A stretch of 64,000 bases of DNA from the human T2T-CHM13v2.0 reference genome, Homo sapiens: assembly GCF_009914755.1 (NCBI RefSeq), contig NC_060936.1, one strand, 5' to 3'. The first letter of the stretch is position 1. Each line of letters starts with the position of its first letter. The notes beneath the pieces were generated by a model. It ran no database searches. It worked only from the letters and a program-made list of their open reading frames with translations, and was not told where the DNA came from. This document shows, piece by piece, positions 1 to 13,620 of the stretch. Made by a program: the position numbers and the translations under genes.

Positions 1-515
1 GACACAGGAATAGCACAGAAAAGCTGTTTTTTTTTTTTGTTTTTTTTTTTGGCGGAGTGGGGGGGCGAGATTTGCATCTGTAGAGGAAAACTACTTTCAC
101 GAAGTAAACAGCAGATGCAAAGAGGCTTAATCTGAGATCTCCTTATCTGCCTTACCCAGATCTAAGAAAGATTAAGTCTCAGGAAAAGAGGACTAAAGGT
201 CTGATACTTTCAAGGATTTGACAGAGAAACTTTTACCATGGGCTCCCATCTATTCTTTCTGAAGGCTGCTACCTGAGAAACTTCAACAGCATAACAAGAA
301 AGCCTTTGCTTGCCATATTCTCCTCCCTTCACCCCCTCATAACCTGTCGCCACCAGCCTCCAGAAACCTCCAACCCCCAATTTCATTCCATAAGAAAATG
401 CTGTTCGAGCTTCAACTAAGTGGCCTTTCCAGTCTCATATGTTGTTTGACTCCTACGCACATATGCATGCAATAAGCATGTACACCTTTTTCCCTACTAA
501 TCTGTCAATTGATAT

Positions 516-1564
516 TGTAGGGGGCTCAGAAAATGGTACCCGAAAATGAAGGCCTCACACTCTCTCTGACCTTCTCCTGTCAGTCTTTCTTTAACCCTTC
601 ATTCTCCCCTGAGGCTAGCAATAGAAACTTGACTCCCTCTTCCCGCAAGGCAACTAATAGAAACCAGAACCCCTTTTCCCAAAGCTAGTCATAAAACCTA
701 AGAATGTTACTCTAACTTTCTTCCTACCTTTCTGTATAAAAACTGGCCATAAAGAAATCTCTGAGTGTTCTGAGGTGGGCAAGTGTACAGAAATCTATCT
801 GCAAAGCCCAAGGAAGCTGAAAGTTGGAAGAAAGAGACTGACAAATCCAGTTTCTCTGAAAGACACATTTAATAGGGACTTACAGACCAAAGCCATGCCT
901 GTGTCTTTGGTGGCAGTGAGACAAGATGGTGGAGGTCTGCACCATTACCCCTCAGACCCAGGGCTTACATACCAGAGGGAAATTCTGAAGGGATGTGTTG
1001 GACAATTGAAGCATGATACATTAAAATTGTTTTGACTAATGACAGGATTTACGGTAAGTATATGCTCTCACACAGGAACAATAGATACATTGGAAATCTT
1101 AGAGGGCTTCATGGAACCGGGGTTAATCAGAAGTCATTATGGTGAATTAGCATCTGAGATGGAGTTGCTTTAGCCTCCACTCTGACCTACCTTGTTTGAC
1201 TGTAGGTCATAAGACCTTCATTCCAGAGAGGGTCCTGCCCCATACCCACATGGAAAGAATGCTGCAGAGAGGCTCAGAAAAATCTAAATGGGCAGGCCCT
1301 ACTGGGTTACCCAACTCAATTAGTATTAGATCACATCCTTTTGATCCAATTATATTTCTACATGGCTGTCTATACTTTGTTGAACCTAAGCAAAAAATGG
1401 ACAGTTTCCCCTGCATCTTTGGGTCTTCATTCTGAAGGCTTCCGTGTCACATAAAACTACTATCAAATAAATTTGTATGCCTTAAAAAAACTAATATGCC
1501 TTTTGTCAGTGATTTCCAGTGAAACTTCAAAGAGCAAAGGGGACATTTTTCCTTGGCCCTTACA
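516..1564 (+). mobile_element. ERV1 solo LTR, MER39-family (split by an inner LTR at 766-1180)
   Basis: Starts TG (TGTAGGGGGCTCAGAAAATGGTACCC), ends CA (CCTTGGCCCTTACA); AAAGAAATCTCTGA|CCTACCTTG is continuous across the inner insert; AATAAA near 1467. Confidence 0.7.
766..1180 (-). mobile_element. Solo LTR, LTR47-like
   Basis: Minus strand begins GTGGAGGCTAAAGCAACTCCATCTCAGATGCTAA; CTGA-containing duplication on both flanks. Confidence 0.6.
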
Positions 1565-1959
1565 TTACTTTGCTTTATGGACACAAATTATCGAACCTTC
1601 AAAAGAGGAGAAGTAGAAAAATTCCTTTTGTTTCTATAGTAACAACTGTCATTCCCCGAGACACAGTTAATCCATTAGGGTACTCTTCTCAGAAAAAGAA
1701 ATCTCAAAATGTTGTTTCTCAACACAGTTCTCTAGGCAGCCACTACTGATCAATTAGAGTTGGCATAAGAATTCCAATGTTTGTCTTCCAAGGTCTGAAC
1801 AAATTAGTACAACTTAACTCTAATAGATTTTTTTTAAAAGTCCCCCATTTATTCATCTTTTTAGTAGTACATTATTAACCCAAATTGTCAAAACATGGAC
1901 TGGAAGAAACAAGTATGTGGCAAGTGTAATATTAGGTACTGTTGTTTTTGCCCTAGGTC

Positions 1960-2112
1960 TTTAAATCAGGTCAATTATACGCGAATCACATGAGGCTCTT
2001 ATTAAAATGTAGGTTCAGATTTCGTAGGCTGGAAAAGGGAAAAAAATGTCTGCATTTCTGACAAGGTGATGCCAATCTTGCTTCTTGGTCCTTAGACCGC
2101 ACTTTGATTTGT
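1960..2112. mobile_element. MER5A-like hAT-Charlie MITE remnant
   Basis: TCTGCATTTCTGACAAGGTGATGCC...GGTCCTTAGACCGCACTTTGA. Confidence 0.5.
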
Positions 2113-2121
2113 CAGAGTAGA

Positions 2122-2299
2122 CAATTTGTTTTCAATCTTTGCTGCACACTGAAATTACCTGGGAAGTATTTTTAAAATACTAAAACTTGAGTCCTTTTTT
2201 AAGAGATTCAGGCTTAATAGGATTAGGATGTAACCTAGACTTTGAATTTGTATGAACTTCAGCTAATTTTAATGTGTAGGCAAAGTTGAGAATCACTGG
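2122..2299. mobile_element. MER5A1/MER5B-like hAT-Charlie MITE
   Basis: GCTGCACACTGAAATTACCTGGGAAG...AATGTGTAGGCAAAGTTGAGAATCACTG; palindromic ends. Confidence 0.6.
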
Positions 2300-2794
2300 G
2301 TTAAGCTTACACAATCTCTGTATCTGGTACTTCGTTCAGGCTAATAATAAAAATTAATTGATTCTGTGGAGCTCACCTCAAAACACCCTTCTCCCCCTCC
2401 AGCTCTCACTGATTTTGATTTGGCTTTTAGCTCAGTTTCACCCTTGTCTTTATGATCTTTATCCCAGTTTTTGCTTATAGTACCCGCATTTGCTTCTCTT
2501 GTAGCCAAGCCTGGGCTTTTCTCGGTATACTTCAGCTAGGTTTCTTCTTTTCTCTTAGGTCTCTGGCTCTTTCCAGTAAGGAATCCTTTGCTTACATTTT
2601 GACCTCTTTAAAAATGGTAGGTACCAAAGCTTTATTACTCCTGAATCTGTAAGGAAGTCAGAGAACTTTCTAAACCTTAAGAGCTCAGAGGCTGTAACTT
2701 AAAATTAACATTCAGATGATTCTCATTATTTCCACAATAGTTATAAAATAATACAGCTGGAGGAACACATAAAGTTTATGTGTTTCAATACCCT

Positions 2795-3355
2795 TGTGTC
2801 AGATCTACCCATGGATAACCCCCAATGAGTGCAACTTCGGTATAGCTTCGGGAGGTGTTACTGCCCTTGAATGAAGTGCAAATTGTGACTTCCTTCTAAC
2901 TGACAGAATGTAGCAAAGGTGATGGGCTGTCACTCTCATGATTACATTTAGCTCTAAGACTCCATCTTTGCAGACCAGAAAATTCTCTTGCTTTCCTTGG
3001 AGAAGTCAATAGTCATGTTGTAAACTGACTGTAGAGGGGCTCACATAGCAAGGAACTGTGGGCAGCCTCTGAGGGCAGCCTCCAGTGACAGTCGATGTAA
3101 AGCTGGGTCCCTCAGTCACACAGCCGCTAGGAAATAAACGCTACTAAGTATCAGAATGAGCTTGTAAGCAGCTACTTCCCTAGTTACACCCGTAGATGAG
3201 ACTCTAGCGGAGCCAGTACCTTGACTGCAAGCTAGTGAGATCTTCAGCAGAGGACCCACCTAAGCAGTGACAAGATTTTTGACTTTAGAAATTAGGAGAT
3301 AATAAACATGTATTGTGTGTAGCAATTTATTACCTATCCATAGGAAACTAATACA
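2795..3355 (+). mobile_element. MaLR solo LTR, MLT1E-like
   Basis: GCAAGGAACTGTGGGCAGCCTCT, CCTTGACTGCA, GAGATAATAAA, ends AAACTAATACA. Confidence 0.75.
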
Positions 3356-3359
3356 TACA

Positions 3360-3460
3360 CATTTTATAAATCAGGAAACAGGCCTGGAGCGTATATGACT
3401 CATGAACAATACCCTGTAAATCAGCAGCAAAGCTGAATTCATAAGTACCAGTATTCTTAA
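3360..3460 (-). mobile_element. MIR fragment
   Basis: ATTTTATAAATCAGGAAACAGGC core-like motif. Confidence 0.4.
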
Positions 3461-4084
3461 GTACCAGTCTGGACTGCACTTCTTTTTACATAATAAACCA
3501 ATAAATGTATGACCAAATGTGGGAGAATAATGAAATGGAATGCAAATAAAATAAGTAAAATAAATAATAAATATTTATACAACATTGTTGATCTTTCCCA
3601 CCCATTATGTCCTTTTTATTTTCGTTTGCATGTGTTATGTAATGTAAAATAAAGATTCTGTTTTTGGCTTTGATTCTTTTTCAAGTTTTAGTCATTATTT
3701 GATAAGAATATATTACATTTTTGAAAAATCATCACCAAAATGTAGAGGCAGAGGAAAATATATCAGCACCATATAGTTGTCAAAAGAAACAAAAGCATAT
3801 CTTCCTATAATCAAAAAATATATGGAACGGAAAATTAATTTTGTTTAAAAATGAAAAACAAGCAAAACACTTGGAATACTAGAAATTAAAACCTGTTTAA
3901 AATACATATTGGATGAATCAAAATGAACTCTACTGAGGATTCAGCAAATGAAAATTAAAAGTGTTATTTCATTTTTTAAGGTAATAAATTTTGCATTGTC
4001 AGAAAATACCTATTAAAGGTTATTTTTTGCAATAATTTGGATACACAAATACATTCTTTCCCTGCTGTCTTAAACTTTGATCTT

Positions 4085-4200
4085 CAACTCAGTTCAAGGA
4101 ACAAATATGAGCCCTCACTAAGGGCCAGGTGTGTTAGTCATTGGAGTTGCAGAGATAAATTAGGTAATATCTCTTCCCTTAAAGAGCTCACAGTCAAGTT
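4085..4200 (-). mobile_element. L2 3' end fragment
   Basis: GAGCCCTCACTAAGGGCCAGGTGTGTT...CCCTTAAAGAGCTCACAGTC. Confidence 0.45.
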
Positions 4201-4413
4201 CATACTCTCCTCCATGCTGGCATTACTAACAGTGAGAAAAATGACAGTCATCACAGGTATTTGGCTTATATGATTATGAAGTGTGCAGGCTGATTTTCTG
4301 ATTAGTGTTTAGTATCATGCTAGGTTCTTAAGAGTGTAAAAAGAATCTGAATATGTTGTTTTTGCATCTTAAGCACATTATCAAAGGGCTTTAAAATAGA
4401 GGAGCTGTTTCCC

Positions 4414-4660
4414 CTAGGCAATATAGTGAGACCCTATCTCTACAACAAATAGAAAAATCAGCTGGGCATGGTGGTGCATGCCTACCTGTATTCCCAGCTA
4501 CTCGGGAGGCTGAGGAGGAGGGATTGCTTAAGTCTGGGAATTTAAGGCTGCAGTGAGCTGTGATTGTGCCACTACACTCCTGCCTAAGTGACAGAGTGAG
4601 ATCCTGTCTCAAAAAAAAAAAAAAAAAAAAAGGAAGAAGAAAGAAAAAAAGAAAAGAAAG
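4414..4660 (+). mobile_element. 5'-truncated AluJ
   Basis: GGCAATATAGTGAGACCCTATCTCTAC, AGGCTGCAGTGAGCTGTGATTG, poly-A; TGTTTCCCCT direct repeat on both flanks. Confidence 0.9.
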
Positions 4661-4854
4661 GGAGTAGTGTTTCCCCTCCAGTGGTAAGAAGTTCACATCC
4701 TCTTCCTTTTAACTCTTAAATATCAGAATATCACAATACATTAGAAATGATTCATGAACAATGAAATTTACCAAGCAGACTGTCACCCCCACATTTATTT
4801 GAGGGTGTCACGCTGGGAAGATCACAGGCTATACTTAGCTTTAGATAGAATGTT

Positions 4855-4940
4855 ATTTGATCTCTGGTCATATAACTTCTATGTGGGCTTGGGAAAGTCA
4901 TTTAACTCCCCTGTATATCTGGTTCTTTATCAATTAAATG
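4855..4940 (+). mobile_element. MIR fragment
   Basis: CTTGGGAAAGTCATTTAACTCCCCTGT core. Confidence 0.45.
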
Positions 4941-5039
4941 TGTGCTTTGCAGAGCTGTGAACATTAAGTTCTAAGCACCTGATACACTGGCATCTGTTAG
5001 AGACTGAAGGTAATAGTTTGGGATGTGAAAAGAATCTGC

Positions 5040-5510
5040 ACAATATTTCTTTATATCATCTTCTATAATAACCAAAGCTTTAGCTGGTAACATGACTAAT
5101 CAGCTACAGACTGCATTTATCAACCTCCCTTACAGTTAGCTGTGGTCCTATTACTAGGTTCTGGACAATGAAATGTAAGCAGAAGACATTTATGCAACTT
5201 CTAGATTATCTCTTAAAAGAGAAGAAGCTTTATCTCTCTCCCCTTCTCTTTTTCTTCCTCTCACAGGCTGAAATGTGGAATTGATAATAAGTCATGTTCA
5301 ATTTGAAGCAAGCCCTTGTGATGGCAAAGAAACAAAAATGAAAAAAAAGTGTTTGGATCTTTGACACCACTAATCTGCCTTACTAGCAATGGACTACCTA
5401 CTTAAGCTGTTTTGGGGAGAAATAAATAAATTAATCTCAATGAGGAAAAAAATCAACTATATTTTAGAGTTTCTTAATATAAAATTATAAACTGAATCTT
5501 GATTAATACA
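5040..5510 (+). mobile_element. MaLR solo LTR, MLT1J-like
   Basis: CCTCCCTTACAGTTAGCTGTGG...TTCTGGACAATGAAATGTAAGCAGAAG; ends TAATACA. Confidence 0.6.
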
Positions 5511-6787
5511 GCAGTCTAAACAGTAATCTAACCAATACAGTGTTCTGGGCATATTGCTGTATGTGTTAGCCAAATGCCCACTCTTCTCACCAAACCTTAT
5601 AAAATAATAAGGTTACATTGCATTCACTAACTTTAGGTCTTCATTAATGTAATTTCAGAATCTAGTATGTTTTCAGGATACATCTTTTTCCCTTTCAAGT
5701 ATTTCTTAGTCTCCATAAGTTTTCTCAGAGTGTTTGTAAATTAACTGGGGCTGTTTGTGTATACCAATGCTTGACATCTGTTTCGGGACATTACTCTTCT
5801 GTATTTCTGTCCTAAGAAATTCTCTAAACAAACTGAAGTTTATTTTCCTCATTTTACTGACTCATAAGCATTTTATAATAAAAGATGAGTTGGAGACCTC
5901 ATTCATCCCAGGGTATACCTCAACTACCAAGGTGGCTGGGTTGGGCTCAATTGAGTTAACAACTACCAATGAGTTTTGGCTTTTTGTATCTGGCTTATTT
6001 CATACAAATGATTTTTAACTTTGTGAACTTTTGGTGTCCCTAGGAATTGTATTTCTAGAGCCTTACGTATATGTTAGCCCCAGTTTGCTCTGTCTATATA
6101 TGCCCAGTTGAAAACCCCATTTGCTGATATACTGTACATAATTTATCCAGAAATAAAAAATTAAAAAGGTTTACTAAAATAAATTCAAATAATCCCAAAG
6201 GAGGCAAGATTAAGGTAGATATACAGATAATTAGGGTGGAAAGTGGGTATAGAATGTGTATGTGTGTGGAGAAGCAGAATTTAGCTCCAAAGTAGCCAGT
6301 GTCTTAACTTTATAATGTAGATTACATTATAGAATGTATGCTCAGATCTCAATGTTAACACTATTTTTCTGTCTTTAATGTTTTAATCCTTTTAGTTGGT
6401 ATTTTAAAATAAGAAAAATATATCCCCTTTGCCAGTACAGATTTCTGTACCTCAAGACAAACCATGACATTTCAAGAAGATCTGAGAAAAAAAGTCCTGA
6501 AATGACTGCCAATTACATCTCCTGTCATAATAAAGATTCCTAAACAAGGATTGGTTTAAATGCATATTAATATAAAACATCCTTATGTAGAATTTTGTTA
6601 GTGAACAGTGATATGAAAGAGAGAGGAGGGAGGTGCATAGAATTTAAAATAGAACTTTTTAATTAAAACCTTCTGAAAAGACTACTATAGTGTTTATTTC
6701 CTTGTTTTTCAATAATCAAAGAGCACAGTTAATTGAAGCAGAACAACTTAAAAACCATTTTTAGAATATAAAAGGAATATATAAATG

Positions 6788-6829
6788 AATATATATATAT
6801 ATACACATACACACACACACACACACACA
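6788..6829. repeat. Compound (TA)n(CA)n microsatellite
   Basis: Seen directly. Confidence 0.95.
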
Positions 6830-8540
6830 GAATCAAAGGTAAACACTGAATAGCTTTAGTTCTCTAGGCAGTAGACTCATTTTCAAGATAATAGCAGCTG
6901 ATTGGTAAACATAAGTAAACATCATTGTAGAATTGCTATTATACATTTATAGTTTTTACCCATTTTCATATAGAAAGAGGGCAAGCAATATTGGGAAACA
7001 TAACAAATGAATAATCTGTAATAAGAATTTAAAAATGTATTTTCTAAAGTATTTTGGTTTGGCCAAGAACCATCTAATGACTGCTTCACTCAAGAAAAAA
7101 GGAATGGTTATGAGACCTGACTTGCAGATTTTGATCATAAAATGCAAAACCTAGAGTCACCCAAGTAGTAAGTGTTTTCACAAAGTGAATTACAACTAAA
7201 AATTCTTTGGTAAAGTCACAGAAAACTGAAAGGAAAAGACACAACACTATTAAATGAAAAAGTAACAGAAATTGACTCCAGCCACAAAGCACATATTCAT
7301 GACCAAACATTTAACTGCTCTCCTAACAATGCCAAAATAAAGGCAGAAGGGAACAGGGAGAGGAAGGAAATAATAATTTATATGAGTTGGGAATAAAAAG
7401 TGTTCCAAGCAAAAATGAGTTACATTTGAAAATGCTTTTTCAATGTCAAACGTTTTCTAATGGGCTGAAAAAAAGATGGAAAATACATTTTACTTATAAA
7501 CATAATTAGTCTCACAAATATTCTACCACTACATTGTCTTTTTCCCACAATGCTGTCTCTATTTATTACTAATTATTTTCTACTGCTCATTGTGTCCAGA
7601 TGACTAAATGTATAATGTAAGTATCAGCATGTAATAAATATAGTCATTGGTTTTCCCCTAATAGATTTGTTTGAAAAACAACAACAAAAAGTCCTCCAGA
7701 ATCTGTTTCAATGATCTCATGAATACTGATTTGTCCACCAGCCTAATCACTGGCTAGATCAGCCCTTTCTGCTTCTTTGATACAATTAGGTCAATATGCA
7801 TAAGATGAAACCATGGCATTATAGGATATGAAAGCAATTTCAGCATTATCAAAAAAGATTAGAATATGGCCAATAGTATGAAGTGTATTTTATTATATAA
7901 AAATTTTAAGAAAAGTTGACAGTACCATCTCCATGTGTCAATTACACGGAACTATTCCCATTTCCCTGACCAAGCCATGTTCCCCTATGCATCCATATGT
8001 CTGTTGAATGGGATCTTTTCTTTACCATAAATTTTCTCTTTTCTCGTATATGCTTGAAGAACTCCTAAGTATTTTATGTGTTAAACAATTTTTGAATGTA
8101 ATAACAATAACACATAGTGCTTAGAATTTTTTAAATTGCTTTCAAGAATTTACACAGTGCTTAGAATTCATATAGTGCCTTTTCCTATATTAGCTTATTT
8201 AATCTTTTTAGCCAACCTAGTGAGATAGCTCTGTTAACCATATATGTGATTAACTAGAACAAATGTTGTATTTAATCAGATTGGATTGCATAATAGTAAT
8301 TTCCAAACCTAGCAAATTACCAAACTCACCAGGGCAGATTTCTTACAAGTTAAAATCTAAACTAAGTATCTCTGTAGTAAAAAATGCAAGAGGTACAAAG
8401 GGGTATATTGGATATACACCACCACAAATAAGATCAGGCTATACATTTTATTTTGTAATTTACTTGTTTCCACCTAGTAATAGTTTGGAGGTGGATTTCA
8501 GTAGCTTCAGAGATCTACTTCATTCTTTTCAGTGCCTCTC

Positions 8541-8716
8541 TTTTTTTTTTTTTTCTTTTTGAGAGGGAGTCTGCCCGGCTAATTTTTTTTGCATTTTTAG
8601 TAGAGACGGGGTTTCACCATGTTAGCCAGGATGGGCTCGATCTCCTGACCTTGTGATCTGCCTGCCTCGGCCTCCCAAAGTGCTGGGATTACAGGCATGA
8701 GCCACCGTGCCTGGCC
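8541..8716 (-). mobile_element. Alu (Y/Sc-like) with most of the right arm deleted
   Basis: poly-T, GAGAGGGAGTCT joined directly to GCCCGGCTAATTTT; intact left arm; 14-bp TSD TTTTCAGTGCCTCT (8526-8539 / 8717-8730). Confidence 0.9.
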
Positions 8717-9118
8717 TTTTCAGTGCCTCTTGAGCATGCCAATATACGGCTGCACACTTTATTTAACCAGGACTCTTTGTTTTTGTTGTTTGTTGCAGGT
8801 GAGTGTTGTGCTTGTTTGTTTTGTTATTTTGACGAAAGCTGCAATGGTTATTTTATGTATATATAAAAGCTAAAAGCCATGCCAATTTTTAAATAATGAA
8901 GGCATTTTTATTAATACTGTTACATAGCTTTATAGCTGCCATGTACAAGAGTAATAATAATGATAATAATGGCTATCATTTAAAGCATTTTGCTAGCTAC
9001 TTTATATGAACTGACTTAGTACCTAGAGGTGGCAATTATCATTTTTTACAGAAAAAATATATTTGAAAATAAATGTATTAATATATAAAGTATCTATATC
9101 TATCTATCTATCTATCTC

Positions 9119-9423
<305 letters not shown>

Positions 9424-10009
9424 TATATATATCTTTATGCATATTTTTACATACTTTTTAACATATTTGCACATACTTTACATACTTTCTGAGTATATTT
9501 GGAGATAATATTACCATACATGGATTGCTGATTCCAAAGACACTCGAATTTAAAATTTTGATAGATGTTGCAATTGGTTGCCAAAATTTTATCAGTTTGA
9601 AATCCCACTAAGAAGAAATGAGAGTTACTGATTCACCAAACATTTGCCTACAGAAGTAATATTTAATTTTAATTATGGCCTATTCTGATAGTGAAAATTG
9701 GGATTTTTTTACTGTTATACTTGAGTTTCTTTAATTATGAGTGAGGTTGAGCATCTCTTCATATATTTATTGGACATTTGTGTATGTGCACATGTGTGTG
9801 CCATCTGTTCATATTCTTGGTTCATTTTTCTTTTATATTGTTAGTCTTTTCTGCATTTTTTGTAACAGCTCTAGTATACGGAAATTAGTCCTTTTACATC
9901 CTTTGCAAATACTGTCTCCAGTTAGCATCTTGAAAGAGTATCTTTAACATACAGAGCTAGGCATCTCCCCTCATACCTCCAATAATGACCTATTGGCTCT
10001 TTGGAAGTG

Positions 10010-10092
10010 AGAACTGGGAATCTTAAATTTTGAAAAACTTTTCCAGGTGATTCTAACACAGCTGGCCCATGGACAGGGTTTGAGAACTACAG
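10010..10092. mobile_element. MER5-family terminal fragment
   Basis: CCAGGTGATTCTAA...GGTTTGAGAACTAC. Confidence 0.45.
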
Positions 10093-10569
10093 GCTTATAT
10101 AGCAGGCAAAGAAACGGTTAAGTTCAAAAACCTGTGTTGCTAAAGAAGTTATTTTTGATAGTAGCATGCAAGAAGAACCATGGAAATCATGACTCACCCA
10201 ACCGGGAATCCTTTCCTCATGGGTGCTAATCTGGAAGTTATTTTTCCTGACACAAGGATCAGGGCTATACAAACTCCTCTTGGCATCATAGCATGGTAGA
10301 AATATAGAAACCTTCCAAGAAACAGAGTGCTGCTAATTTATTTCTAGGGTACTTCAGAAGAATATTTGCAAAGTATTTAGAGGAGGCAAGTATTTTCTGC
10401 AACAGTATGGGCCAAATGGAGATGAAAAGACTGAGAATTATCAGTAAATAATAATATAGTCTGATCAGCAATAGCTGACTATAGAGGGCATGTTTACCTT
10501 GGATGAGAAATAAAGCTAAGAGCCGTGCCAATTATTCAACGATGAAGGTATGCTTATTAATAATATTAC

Positions 10570-10890
<321 letters not shown>

Positions 10891-10919
10891 ATAATAGTTT
10901 TTTAGCTGCCATATACAAT

Positions 10920-11120
10920 GATAATAAAAATAACTAACATTTTAAACAGTTTGCTAAGTAGTTTATACGAACTGACTTAATACCCAGAAAGTAGTCATTA
11001 TCACTTTACAGAGAAAATTGAGGTTTAAAGTGGTTAAATGGTTTGCGTGAGTTTTCTCAGATGGTAGGTGGAAGCGGTAGTCTTTGAAAAATATAGCTCA
11101 AGAGCCTGTACACGTAACCC
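10920..11120 (-). mobile_element. MIR
   Basis: TTTACAGAGAAAATTGAGGTTTAAAGTGGTTAAATG. Confidence 0.5.
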
Positions 11121-11321
11121 CCATTCTATGCTTCTTAAACTTCACCGTTCATTATTCATAAAGTAAGGTGAATGATATTAAGTCGTCCTTCCACAGGGTG
11201 GATGTAGACTCTAGGAAATATCGTTTTTCCTCTTCTCTCCATATTTTTTTTACTTTGACCTATAAAGAAGAAAATTTCCACCAATCTATCCAGGCAAATG
11301 AGAAAATTTGAGGAGTCGGTC

Positions 11322-11354
<33 letters not shown>

Positions 11355-11617
11355 CTTAATTTTCTTCCTCGTAAATGTTGCAAAACTTATTCAAATCATT
11401 TATTTGTGTTAAAGACTATGGCTCATATGTAACATTCCCCTAAAGTTGTCTCTTTTGCTTTCTTGATGCTATTTATTTATTTATTTATTCCTAGGCTAGA
11501 TGGGGTTTATATTGTTTCCACTGTTTGTGAAGTGAGAGAACTTGGCTTTCATTTAGCAGATGCAAGCAAAGTTCACTTCTCTTTATTCCATATTCTCTAC
11601 CTGGCTTATGTGGGTAA

Positions 11618-11620
<3 letters not shown>

Positions 11621-11648
<28 letters not shown>
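11621..11648. repeat. (GT)n microsatellite
   Basis: Seen directly. Confidence 0.95.
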
Positions 11649-11654
<6 letters not shown>

Positions 11655-12934
11655 GCATGCCTGTGTGGGTGCACATGTAACTACACACCAAAGAAATCCT
11701 AATGTTGTCCCCAAATCCTCACCATATTCTCAATTCAGCTTTTCTAGTAATAAATCTGATATTGTAAGCTTATCCAACTGGAACACTTCTGTGGTTTTCC
11801 AATTGACTAGAATTTGTGGGAGATGATACAGGAACAATTAGTGCCTCTTATTATAACACATGGTTCACAAGTAGGAATCTTTTAGAATATGAGTAAGAAT
11901 TAATATTAGAGGAAGAATGTATCTCATGGGAAGATGAACACATTTTATTTCGCTGTAGTGGCCAGTGCCCCCAGAGCACATGCTGTATTTAAGAGGTGCA
12001 TGCTAGTTTTAAAGGTCAGACTACTAGGCTGCAAGGGCATATCTTTAGTATGACCTCAGACACAAATCTGAGGCTGTATTTAGCAAAAGAATGTTTTTCA
12101 AGGATTGAGAAAGCTTTGTCCAAGACTTTGTATTAGAAGGGCTCTGGTTTGAGATGAATAAATACATACAGATTTCTTCCCTCACATTAGGAATCTCTCT
12201 TAGAAAACTTAGAATAGAATAGCAGCTTCATTTCTCCAAGTACTTGCTGAAGCCAGCCCTGGTCATAAAAGCTAAGGAGAAATAATGCGCAGTCTTTGCT
12301 TTGGTATCTAGCCTTTTAGTTCATTTTTCTGTTAGCTCTGCATCCTGTTTGGAAGCCGGGGTGAAGATGACTACTATCCTACAGAGATTAGAATTTGGAA
12401 TGACAAAACTATAGTGAAGGTTATTGAAGTTTAAGGGGAGTACATGGTAAAGAAGGAAAAAGGTTTGAGAAGAAATATGTAGCAAGGGTCTTCTTGGTCT
12501 CTAGAAGCATAGGCCCAAAGAGCTCTAACAAACTAGGAACAAAGAAATGTGTGGGCACCTGAGCACCTAGGTAAGAGTGCCTACTTAGATAATTACTTAT
12601 CAGTGGCCTTATGCGGGAAGCTTTATGGTAATAGCCAATGTTTATGATACTAAGAAATTTAAAAATAATTTATGGTCTTAATGGGATGGAGGTAGAAAAT
12701 ATGGCAGCCACATTCAACATTAAAAAAAGTCCTCTTGCAATCATAGGACATCTGTCTTCTAGATGGAGTTCAGAGTCAGTTCAATTTGAAGGGCTGGAAA
12801 TACAAGACTTAAACATGAATATGGAAATGATAATGTTCCACACTTGCAGGGTTCAGCAAAGCAAGAAAGGAGGCTCAAGTAAGTCCTGGAAACTGGGGTA
12901 CCAACATTGCATATGTCTACATTTTTCAAAGAAG

Positions 12935-13620
12935 ATAGAAGAGGGTCAAATGCTTATACACTGTTGATGGGAATGTAAATTGGTACAATCGCTATGAAAA
13001 ACAGTATAGAGATTTTTCAAAGAAAAAAAATAGAATTACCATTCAATCCAGCAATTCTACTACTGAGTGTCTACACAAAGGAACAAAATTCTTTATATCA
13101 AAAAGATACCTGCACTCATACGTTTATTGCAGCACTATTCACAATAGCAAAAATATGGAATCAACCTTAGTGCCCATCAAAAGATGACTGGATAAAGAAA
13201 ATGTTACATGTACATACATATGTGATATATATCTACACACATATACATACACACACCTCATATGAATACTGCTTAGCCAAAAAAAATCTTTTTTTTTTTG
13301 GGCAACATGGATGGAACTGGAAATCATTGTATTAAGCAAAATAACTCGGAAACAGAAGGTCAAATACCACACGTTTTCACTTATAAGTGGGAGCTAAATA
13401 ATGTGCACACATGGACATACAGAGTGGAAAAATAGACATTGGAGACTTGGAAAGGCGGGAGGGTGGGATGGGGTAAAGAATGAGAAATTAATGGGTGCAG
13501 TATATACTATATGGGCAACGGTTACATTAAAAGCACAGACTTCACCACTATGCAATATATCCATGTAACAAAACTGCACTTGAACCTCCTAAATGTATAA
13601 GAATTTTTTTTAAAAGAAAG
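12935..13620 (+). mobile_element. 5'-truncated L1 (L1PB4-like 3' end)
   Basis: TTTATTGCAGCACTATTCACAATAGC; GGAGCTAAATAATGTGCACAC; CAGACTTCACCACTATGCAATATATCCATGTAAC. Confidence 0.85.

Larger units (their letters stand above)
60..1638 (+). mobile_element. ERV1 solo LTR, MER34-like; outer element of a triple nest (pieces ~60-515 and ~1565-1638)
   Basis: GAGATTTGCATCTGTAGAGGAAA...; AATAAG...TAATCTGTC 3' block stops at 515; LTR terminal block (GAACCTTCAAAAGAGGAGAAG...) resumes after 1564. Family from recalled consensus. Confidence 0.5.
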
